The notes beneath the pieces were generated by a model. That model ran no database searches and was not told the origin of the DNA. It saw nothing but the letters and a program-made list of their open reading frames with translations. DNA of 64,000 nucleotides from the NCBI RefSeq assembly GCF_036971445.1, contig NC_091475.1, forward strand, positions 40,300,001-40,364,000, written 5' to 3'. Every line of letters starts with the position of its first letter. Within the stretch, counting starts at the first letter, position 1. Position numbers and translations under genes: made by a program. Positions 12,601 to 24,600 of the stretch are shown here, piece after piece. The DNA is from Narcine bancroftii. Its lineage: Eukaryota.

Positions 12601-15600
12601 AACTTTGTAACACTACACATTTTAGACCATTCTTCCCATGTCAAAACAATATCTAAATCATTTTCCCATTTCTCTAACTTTATTAATATTAACCTTTTTC
12701 AACTTGTAATTTCATTTGACCTGGAAAAATTAATTCCTGCCCATAATTCTTCCAAAAATTATGAAGTTGATAATAAACAAAGAATTTGGCAAAATACCAT
12801 ACCTTTCTTGTAACCTTTCAAATGAGCAAAACTTCCCTGCCTCAAAGCTATCTAATATACAAGCTAATCCTCTAGTCTGCCAGTCCTTAAAATGAAGATT
12901 ATTTAAAGAAAAAGGAATTAATTTATTTTGATATAATGGTGCCCTTATAGATATCTTCCCTTTAGAACCTGTAAGTAAATTTCAGTTAATACCAAACATT
13001 CATTATATGTCTTAAAACAGGTAACTCAAATGTTTCTAATGTAGGATTCCATTTATAAATAAAACCAGCAATATTATTTTCAGAAATCTGATCCATCTCT
13101 ATCTGCCCATCTAGGAGGTTGTACTATATCAAATAATCTATTAATAAACTTCAATTGAGCTGCTTCATAATAATTTTGAAAATTAGGTAACTGCAAACCT
13201 CCTAACTCAAAGCCAGGTTAATTTTTGAATAGAAACTTGACAATTTACCTTTCCATAAAAATAACCTAATTGCTCTATTTATTTCCTTAAATTTTTTTTG
13301 GTAGTTAACTCTGTATTGATTGAAAAAGGTATTGTACATGAGGGTATAAATTCATCTTTATACATTTAACCCTTCCAATTAAAGTCAATGGTAAATCTTT
13401 CCACTTATTTAAATCAATTATAATCTTATTTAATAATGGTTATACAATTTAAATTGTAAATACAAAGTATCAAGATTTATATAATTACTCCTAAATACTT
13501 AATTTTAGTGGACCATCTAAACTTAGTTATTTGCCTACAGTCTGAATAATCTTCATCAGCTATTGGTAAAATCTCACTCTTTTCCCAATTAACTTTAGAG
13601 CCTGATAACTTACCGTATTGATATAACAAATCTTGTAATAACTTCAATGAACTTTTTGGATTTGTTAAATAAATCAGAACATCATCCGCAAACAAACTAA
13701 TTTTATATTCACTTCCTTTCACAGTTATTCCTTCAATATTCAAAGTCTGTCAGACAGTTTGAGCCAAAGGTTCTAATACCAAAGCAAACAAAGCAAGGGA
13801 AAGAGGACAACCCTGTTTTGTTGAACAAGATAAATTAAAAGAATCTAAAATCTGATCATTTGTCATTACTCTTGCTGTAGGTCCAGCATATAAAGCTTTA
13901 ACCCAACTTCTAAATAACGAACCAAAGTTAAATCTTTCTAATACTTTAAACAAAAATTTCCACTCAACTCGATCAAACGCTTTCTCAGCATCTAAAGATA
14001 TTAACATTGGTTGATTCAATTGCTGTTTTGCTACATTAATTAATGAAATTAATGTTTTAAACTTTCAATGAACTTGTGACACATTTGTCACGGGGAAGTT
14101 AAACTTATTGGTTGACTGAACTGTGTGAGTGAATATTGATCTACCTCCACTCACAAATTTGGTAATTGATTCATGATCCCAAATAAAGACCAGATAGACC
14201 ATTTTCTATTAAATTCTACAGAATATAATTGAGTTGCTAACTTTCCAGCATCATCCTAAGTATTGATCTTTATGATGAAGCTGTGTGCAATTCCAATCAA
14301 AGGTCTTGTTTTTTTTTAAATTTGGCAGTTTTATTTACAAGTGGGTGGGGGGGAAGATACTTGATGCATGTTTTATTGACAGTCAAGACTCATCCACTGG
14401 GGTTAATGAAGATCATTTTGCTTATCAGCTGAGGAAGGCAGGACACCATTGTACTGGAAGCCCAGTGGTGAGTGCAATTGTAAGTGTTGGGTCAGCTGAT
14501 AAAGACTCCAGACTAGAACTCCTAGTTCAACTTTAAAAGATGAACTTTTTAAAACAAAATTATTTAGTTATTTGTGTCATTACAGACAAAAAAATCAATG
14601 GATAAAACATTAATCAAATATCCATATCCCATGATACAAAAAACTTTATACTTTTTCTCCCCAACCCCCTCCTTCCAAAAGGAAAAGTACAACAATACTA
14701 GCATATACAATCATTAATTATTATTAAAATTTCTGATTAAGAGGGGTGGATAAGGTAGAAAGGGGAACAGAAAATTATTCATAAAATCCATATATGGTTT
14801 CCAAATACACTATAAAAATATTCAACTCTATTCCTTAAACTCTATGTAATTTTTTCAAAAGGTATACAATTTCGCATCTCACTATACCATCTACTTAAGG
14901 AAGTGTTATTACCATCTTTCCATGATATCGCCATACATTTCTTTGCAGTTGCTATGGCTTTAAAAGACAAACCTTGTTTTGTGCATATGCCATGGTCCCA
15001 TCAAACTGTCCTTTGTCAAACTGCAAATCTTCCACATTTAGTTTCTGAACCAGCATTCCTCCTGATGATACTGTGATCTAGAAAATGGGTAAAGTGTTTG
15101 ATCAGAGCAGACCGACAGAAGTTGCAAACTGGTTTGCATTGAGCAGAGGAGAGGGGGTGGGAGGTGCTTTGAATGCACAACAGGCTGTAGTAAATGTAAA
15201 TGAGCTCACCACCCGGGCATCTTCATATTTCTGCAGGAGAGGTACCAAAGCTGTGGTGAGAATATACACACCTGAGGAAAAAAGGTATATAAAATGGAGG
15301 GACAATTTTCTATGTTAGTTCTCAAAACTGCAGAAGATGGGTGAAGCCTTTTACAGTCAACTTGCTATTCTCTAGACACTCTGTATATTCAAGAGGGAAA
15401 TGTTTGTGTGTATTTTGGTCAGTATGGTTCATAGTGTGAAAAATATTTAAAAAATTTTAAAACTTGCTATCCTCTCATTGCAAAATGTAATGGAAGATTC
15501 TAACCTGTTTTTTTTTTAAATTTGAAGCTCTGGGTTCTGCAAGGCTGAGAACCTAATTGTTTTTTAGAATCAGCAGACATAAGCTAAATTCCACCGAGGG

Positions 15601-18600
15601 GCCAGAGATGCTGTTATCTGAAGAAAGGACATCTGTGTACCAAGAACATTTAATCTTCCTGCTTGTTTTGGTCACAGACTGTCAGAGGCCTAGCCTTGAT
15701 GCAAAATAAACCATTGTATTCAAAGTGATAAGCTGAAAATTATGTTTTTCATTAGTAGCCTAGCATGCTAGCTTGGTTGCTTATCTTTCTTGCTGTGCTG
15801 GGAATAGGTGCTTGGGTAAGCAGTTTTTGGGAAATATAAGTCATGGTCCCGCTGCTGAAGTTTGAGACTCTCCAAGAGGTGGCAACATCTCTAAGAAAGA
15901 AGAACTTCTGGAGTCCAGCCAATGTCCCGGTCAGGGGAGGTGGAGAAGCTGCTACCGGCGCTCTGACAACCTACTACAAGTGTGCAGTCGTTGCCTCGCT
16001 TTAGCAGTTGGGACCAGTCCAAGCGTTGATAAGTATAGTTGGGAAGGGCTTGCATATTGTAGTGTGAAATCAGCTTTTGAATTTGTAATAAACATTTGTA
16101 TAATCTGAACTGCTCTCGGTGTGTGTGTCTATTTTCTTTCGGTAGCTCAAACACTGTGACCAATCTAAAACGAACAAAGTGAGAGGTATAAGTTTACCCA
16201 AGACATTAACTGCCATTGTCTGCTCCTTTCCTCACTGCTTCAGAATTCTGGAGTCACCACAGGTTTTGCTTCTATCCTCTTTACTGCAGTTTCCCCAAGG
16301 TTGACATCTGAATGGGAGCAGGATGGACAGGAACCAGCACACTCAACATCAATAAGATGGAGATGATCATTGACTTCAGGAGAGGGAGAAGAGATCAATG
16401 GGTCAGAGGTTGAAGGAGAAGATTAGGAATAAATATCTCCAATGACCTGGCCTGGAACAAGCACATTGACATGATGATCAAGAAAGTGCACCAATACTTC
16501 TACTCCTTTGTAGATGAAGGAGGTTTGAGCTGTCCTGTGCTTTCAACAATTTCTACAAGTGCACCATTGAAAACATACTTGCTAGATGTATGGCAGTGTG
16601 GTACAGGACCTGCTCTGCTCAAGACTAGAAGAAGCTGCAGTAAGTAATGAATGCAGTTCAAAACATAATGCAAACCTCTCCCTTCCATAGATGCCAATAT
16701 TAATCTCCCACTGTCAAGGAAAGGCTGCAATGTACTGAAGGATCCATCACACACTAGACATTATCAGGTTTTTTTTACTCTCATTGGGGAGAAGATTCTA
16801 AAGTGTGAAAACACCAACTTAAAAATGTTTCTTCCCTGCAGCCATCAGAAATGGACCCAACAGTGCCCTTAAACTGCCCTTGCTTGGTGCTAATCATCTT
16901 TCTTTTCATTATAATTCCATACTCTAAATTGCTAAATTGTGCTCTTCAAACAGTGGTAAGAGTGTTACAGATAATGTTAGTTTGTCTCTACCATGTCCAG
17001 GTTCTCTAATTCACAGGAATACAAGAAACTAAAACCTCGTGTTCCGCCAGGATTCTACCTTCACCACGTATATTCCGACAAACAAGGAACTACATTGCGT
17101 CACTGGACCTAGCCCATCCCAGGAGCCACTGGAAGGCCCTCAGCCTCTCAAACCAGCCTCAACATTTCATAAGATTATCGTTAAATCAATATTATTTTAA
17201 CTCCACCTGATGTAATGTCACTAATGAAGAAGACTTTTTAAAGTATAAAAAAGATTTTTTTCCTGCACCCTTTGGGGAAGAGAAATCCAAACTTAGTATC
17301 TACTGAGAGAAAAAAATTGGCCTCATTTCAATCTTAAATGGCTGACCTCTTCAGAATAGGCCCAAAAGTGTGGATGGCTCATCACTGTTCTGAGGGAAGT
17401 CAGCATGGATTAGTAGCCTATTGTAGCCATTTGTTGAATGCATCTTCTGCACTGGGGAGGCTCTGATAGCCCAGGACTCTCACCAAAATGAAAGGTCCCT
17501 CCACCACTTTTCTATCCAGGCAAGTTTCAGGTTCTGATCTGAACCCCCGAGCAGTGGAGGTATTTCTTTCAGGAAGCATTCACCTTCCCCAAGGGCCTCC
17601 TTGGCAACCAGCAACACGAGTCCTGTTCTCTGACCATTATCTCCCCAGGATCTTCTTGGTCCAGATAACTTCCAATTGAAGGTACCTTGCTGCCCCATGC
17701 CCTGGAAACTTTGGTGGTGTTTGAACATTGAGGATCCATGGGCGATTGACTCTTCTAGTTTTCAATGTTTGTGTAAAATAATTTAAATAAAAACTTTGAA
17801 GTTCTCGTGTTTTCTCACACATTCACCTCACCCCCCCCCCCCCCTCAAACTCATCAGGACTGTGGTTCCCACTCACCGGTATCTCAATTCCCATGTTCTC
17901 TTTTACCTGGTTCACTGAATAATTGTAACAGAGTGTAATACTGTATTGAAAAATGTCAATTAAAGTGTATGTTGTTTCATTAATAGAAATAACATCCAAT
18001 AGGCCAGAGATTAAGCAGGGTTAAAGACCCTTATGTGTCGATTACAAGAGATTCTTTGCAGTACTTGCTTTGGAGTTGGTGTCAGGGAGTTCGACTGAAC
18101 TGTTTGCTGTGATTATGGAGGTTGTTCAGAACACAATCTCATTGAAACAAACCAGACAATTAAGGCAGAAGTTGAGTCACTGTCTGCTCACAAGCTTGTA
18201 AAGTTCAGGGTCTGGGAGGATTAGTAGACTGAGGTGAGGTGAAATTAGGATTCTCCACTTGAGAGTTCTATGATGTCCAATCAGTGAGCACACTCAGACT
18301 GACACGTTTTTGATGCTAGGACAATCAGAGAACACGGGGATCCAGTAGAAGTGGATGAGGTGCACTTAACAGCAGAGCAGGTTTGGTAACCAACCCATTC
18401 TAACACTCTTGAAAACTGGTGTGAAACATTAACATTGTGACCATTTACCTGGGGCTCTTCTTCCAAGGGAATCTCTTATGATCTAAATAAAAGGATGCTC
18501 AAAGTGGAGGGCAAAACACACCAGAGCTTTCAGACCAGAGAAATGTGCCTTACCCAAGGTATTTGTGGCAAAGTTGCTTTCTAACTGATCTGCAGTCAGT

Positions 18601-21600
18601 TGGCGTTGATTGATCATGCATCCTGCATTGTTGATCTGGCAAAAAAAAGCTCAAGTAAACATTAATTTGCTTTCCATGTACTCCAACTGTCACCCAATTA
18701 AAAGTTCTTTGTTTAGCTTGTTCTACCAAGTTAACTATCGAAGAAAAATAAGCATCGAGGCAGCCCGGCCCTCCATTATACATTCCAATTCGACCACTGT
18801 TCAATCGACAAATTGGCTGTCACACATTGAGCTCAGAGAACAAGGCCATTCAGCCATTCCAATCTATTCACTTGGATCGGGTTATCTGGCCTTTTTTCCC
18901 AGCTGGAATACAAGATTAACTTCCCTCATAATTCAACCAGGGAGCCCCATTGTATATTCCCCCGGTTATTCCCCTACAACCTAATCTTTCTCACATTCCC
19001 ATCAACTTCTGCTACATGCACATATAACTTTCAGCAGCCAATTAGTTTATGAGAACATCTTTGGGAGGCAGGTGGGAACTGAAGAAAATCCTGGCAGAAC
19101 GTCTACAGGGAACGCTGGTGCAAGAAAACAGCAGCACTCCACCCCACCTAGTGCACGCTCTGTTCTCATACGACCATCAAGAAAGAGGTACAGGTGCCAC
19201 AAGACACACACCACCAGGTTCAGGAACAGATGCTACCCCTCCACCATCAGACGCCTCAACAACAAACAATTGGAGTCTCCTTGAAGGACTCTTACTTTTG
19301 CACATTGATTTTTATTCCTCTCGATTGCACAGTGTTTTCATTATTTATTTGTTTACATGTGTACGTTGAGTCAGTTTCCTTTTTTTGCACTACAAATAGG
19401 CGGTAAATCTGCCTCACCCAGCGTCAGTGCCAGAGCGAATGTTAGAAGGAGGCACGGTGCAAAGCTCAAACTCCCTCAGTGGAAGATGGGGGAGGGGGTG
19501 CTGTTACCATCATCCGTTCCTCTTCGATGAAATGCCGAGAGTGCTGCTTTTATGGCATAAAGTGTCATTATGCACCAGTGATGCTTGATGCATGCTAGTG
19601 ACACAGGTGGGTCTGATGGCAAGAGATAGCCGCGACAGTTTGTGGGGGGGGGAATGCCTGCAGATGCCTCCCCCCAACTTGGTGCCACAACCCTGGCCTC
19701 ACCCGCAGGAAAAAGAATCTCAGGGTTGTAAGTGATGTTGTGTCTGTATTTGACAATAAATGTGAAATCAGTATTAGCTGCTGTTTCCCTTATACTCTCC
19801 ATTTCCCTCCACATAAACTGCTGGACCTGCTAAGAACCCCCTCAACTTGTTATTTTTGCTTGCCATATAGGGTATGCCTGAAGCAGATAGTTTAGATCCA
19901 TTTAAGGAGAGTTTGGACAAGCATAGAAAGAACATGAGGACAGTTATCTGTGGTGGTAGATGTGGGTGAGGAAAAATGGGAGAGTCCAGTGAAGTACTTC
20001 ACAGGCATGAAATAGATGGGCCAAACGGCTTATGTGGTACATCCTGTGCAATCTCCCATGATGAACATTGCCTGTCGTGGTTTTGCCTTCTCACATCTAT
20101 AGATGCCCTCCCCCTTCCTACCCATTCCAACGGGATAGATCACCACTTTGATTGCAGACAGTGCACACGTGCAGCTGAATATTTTCCATGCAGGAATCAT
20201 AAACTGCCATCGTGGTTGGTCAGTTGGGATATTTAGCACGTTTTTAAAAAAGGCTTTTATTTCTCTGCCATTCATTTACTTCCAACTATCTGTCTTATCA
20301 GTAGGGTGGTCTATCGTTGCTCGACCCCAAACACATGGATTTTTATCTCTTGAATAGTACAGAGAAAATTTTCTGTTGAAAAAGTTTTTATTAAATCTTA
20401 CCAAAACATTCAGCTTGCTGTGAGCTCGTTGGAATTCATCCGCAAATGTCCATATCGACATTGGCCTTGACATGTCCAGAATGTGGACAAAAATTTCCTT
20501 CAAAATAAACCAATGGGTCACTGTGGTAGAAATCAGGCTGGCCTGACTCCCAGAGTGCTTCACAATGAAAAATTACTCTTTGTGTAGGGCAGCTGACAAG
20601 ATGGTTGCTGTTGATCTAACCCCTCCCCTCTCCATCTCAGCAACACCCTACCCCCTCCCCATCTCAGCAACACCCCATCTCTGCAACAACCCCTCTCCTC
20701 CCCTCCTCTGCAACACCCTATCTCAGCAACACCCTTTCCCATCTCTGCAACAACCCCTCCCCTCTCAAGCATTGACCCTTCCCTAACTCTCTCTCCTCCT
20801 CAGCAACCCCTCCCCAAGCCTCCCCTCCCCAGCATTAACCCCTCCCCTCCTCAGCAACAAGACAACCCCATCCCTTTATAGCAGTAACCCACCCCACCAC
20901 TCGTGCCCAGCAACAACCCAATGCCTGTCTACAGGAACATCAGTCTCTCCTGCAGCAACAATCTCAACTTTAAAACTGTTAACCTCTGAGACCCTCCCTA
21001 TCTTGCTCTTCCTCATTTCTCACAATTGCCTTCAATCCCAGAAGCAACCCAGTCAGTCAGATGGATTCAGAATACTATTCTGTCTTTCTAATCTCTGATG
21101 ACATCATATAAAATTCTCTTATGACCATATTTTGCATTACTTAAGACCCATTGTTAAACTTCATTGTCCTCCTCTGCAAGATGCTCCTTGAATCCACTCC
21201 TTTTTGGAGGAATAACAAAAAAGAAAGCAGCAAAGCTGGAAATGTGGATAATCAATAATCAAAGTTTGGTGCTGAGAGATGGAGCTCCAAACCACCTACA
21301 TACTCTCTAAACTAGAGATGGATTGGATAGACAAGGCAGTAGAGGGGAGTTCAATCCAGGAATGGGTGTGTTACTGCACTTGTAAAGCAGAAAATGCAAG
21401 TTCAAGTCCCACCATTACACTCAAGATCATTAAACTTGGATCATTGTCTGAAGAGGGCACGCAAAATCAATGAGGACCCTCTGCCACCCTGCACACACTT
21501 TTCAACTGCTCCTGCTGGGAAAGAGAATAGAGGAGGATCAGACCCAGCACCACCAGGATGAGAAACAGCTTCTTCCTATGGGCAGTGAGACTGTTGAAAG

Positions 21601-24600
21601 ACCAAAGGAACTGATCACACTAACCATCTAAAACTCTCATATTTTTGAAACAAATTATGTAAACGTCTATATTTGTCCTGCATACGCTGTGTCTGGTTGT
21701 GTGCATGTTTTACACCAAGGACCGAAGAAGGCGGTTTCATCAGCTGTACTTGTGCAATCAGCCTTGACTTAAAAAGAACTTGAGCAGGAACATATTTGGT
21801 GTAAGTGTGTGTAACGAATGAATAGTTGGGTTGTCAGTAAAATCCAATTCATTTCCAAACATCCTCTGTCACACTGCCCACACACTCCACAGCCACACTA
21901 TTTAACTTGAAATAGTCTGCAAAGTGCACACGAGGTGAGTGGATTCGAGGAATCAGTTGTTACTGAAGGATTTCAGGAACAAATAACTGGCAGTCCAGAC
22001 CCCAGCAACTGCTTGTTAAAAAGGTGAATGGAAGCAACTTCTTGCATCTCACCAAATTATTAACCAAAACCATCTTTACCGTATTATTGCACTCCTTCAC
22101 AATCTCAGCTTTGGCCTCTTCAGCCCGCTCTCTGTTTCGACAGACGAGATGAACAGTTCCCCCTAAGGGAAGCCAAGTTTAATAAGCACAATATCAGTGA
22201 CTCAAGGACCAGTAAGAGAAAACCCTGAACTTCCACTCACAATAACTGTTGGGAAAAACATTCCCTTTCCTGGCAGATGTCACCATCATTGTTAATCTCA
22301 TGTTTACAATACACCTGCCAGAGATCCCTTCACATAATATCATGAATCTCAAAGGTCTGGCCTTGGAATCAGTAAAGAAATGATCAAGCAGAAGGTCAGA
22401 ATTTTACAACCTTGTATTCTCAAGCTTCAAAAGCACTTAGATCTGAAGGAAACAAACATTTCCCCAGAGCTGTAAAAGTAAGATTACTGTATTGAAGTAT
22501 CAAATTACAAATACAATAAAACCCTTTTTACAGTTTCAGGGTAAGTCATCAAAATTTTACACCCCCCCCCCCCCCAGTCACATGCCAGAGTTTAGATGAT
22601 CATTCTGGTTGAGAGTTTGCACATTATCTGACATCTCTTGAATTACATTTTGTTTATATGTAATTTGTTTGCATGATTATATCGTGCAGATAAATTAGCA
22701 TTTTCCAAAATTTAAAATTTTAATGCTACTCCAAGTAGATTTTCTTTGATCCAGAAGATCAAAGAACTTACTTCCTTGCCTGTAAGGATGTAAAATGAAC
22801 CTCTTCAAACTGAAGCAAAAGAACTTAATGCAAGGTGAGCAGTAGTTCAGGGTCAAAGGCTGGGCTTCTGAAGCGGTGTTTTTTAAGAGAATAGGAATCA
22901 GAGATCAAACAAGCTGGGGCAAGCGAAGTTAGAAGGGACCAGCTGGTCGCCAAAGGTTGCCTCACAATATGATACAGGAGCTGCTCTGCTCAAGGTGGAG
23001 AGAAGCTGCAGAATGTGGTGAGGGCAGCTCAAAACATCACACAAACTTTGCTTTCCTCCCCTACATATCCTGCTGTTTTGGAGAAACAGCCAACACCATG
23101 GTAAAGATAAAAGATCCACTATTGTCACGTAATACAACATTTAGAATGTAACATCTGTACTGACAATAACCACAACAGCAGTGCGAGTATAAGACAGCTT
23201 CATTAAACTAATATGTACACCAAGAGGTCTTGTCTCTCTGGAAGACAAACCTGGAAGGCTAGACTGTAGCTCTGGACTGTTTTATATACAAGGTCACCGG
23301 GATGACCCCTGGTGACCAAGTGGTGTAATTACATATCACCACATTCACCCCCCGCCCCCCCACCCACCTTCCTTTGTTTGTAAGTTCATGTCCAAACTTT
23401 TTTGTGGCTTCCGTTGCCTTCTGGACCTCCTCGGTAGTGGTATAGGGGTGGGGAGTGTGGTCTGCCTTTCGGCTTTTCTTGGTGGAGGTGTGGGAGTGGG
23501 AAGTACTGCTTGGTCATGTGGCTGACTGGGAATGGGGATCCTCTTGTATGGGATTAGGTCCTGCCAGCAAATCTAGGGTGGTGATATTTTGTGGGGCGAG
23601 CGTACCCAGGATCCTGATTTCCGGGGTGGGTGGTCTAGTCCTCTGGGGTGACTCGATGGACGACTGTTCTAGTGACTGCTGCTGTGCTCCTTGTTGATCC
23701 GTAGACATCTGTGTTTCCTCCGGCCGGCGCGAGATCCCTGGTGGCCACTGAGTCTTCTCTTCCATCTGGAAATGTGATGAAGGCGTACTGAGGGTTCACG
23801 TGCCTCAACTCCACTTGATCCACCAGCGGGTCCGCTTTGTGGGGTCTGCAGTGCTTCCGGAGGAGAACAGGTCCTGGTGTCATCATCCATTTAGGCAGCA
23901 CTTAGCCCATCGTGGCTTTTCTTGTGAAAGAAAAGATACGTTCATGTGGGGTCATGTTAGTGGCAGTACACAACAAAGAACGTATAGCGTGTAGGGCTTC
24001 TGGCAACACTTCTTGCCATCTAGTAACAGGCAGGTCTTTTGCTTTTAAAGTCAAGAGGACCATTTTCCAGATAGTGGCATTTTCCCTTTCGACTTGTCCA
24101 TTCCTCCTGGGATTGTAACTTGTAGTGCAGCTGGTAGCGATTCCTCTCTCGTGCAGGTACTGCTGTATTTTTGCACTCATGAATGCAGCACCCCTGTCTG
24201 TGAGTATGTCGTTCGGGTACCCAAATATGCTGAAGATGGGTTAAAGGCAGACAAAACACCTTATCAAGCTAAGTTTGGAAGGATTATGAAAACACCCACC
24301 TCGCTTTGCAATTTCGAAGACTGTTGCTTTGCCAATCCCACTGTTGGCTCCAGTGATCATGAAGCATCTTCCTGTCATGTCAATATCCAGGTCTTTTGCT
24401 TCAAACTGCTGAGCTGCAGCCTCGTATCCACTCCTGCTGAGCACAAATATGAGATATGAGACAAACCCCAACCTGCACTTACAACCTCCCCAGCTGACAG
24501 GAACGGGTCCTTTAAGGTTGGCAGGGTGTTACAAGTGGCGAGTCGCCAGGATCAGTGGTGGAGCCTCAATCTTTTACAACAGGAGTACATGACATGGATG

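Noticed and set aside
16963-17930. tgttaca...tgtaaca bounded 970-bp solo LTR
   Set aside because: There is no matching TSD, and the right motif is better explained as the start of the next LTR-like remnant.
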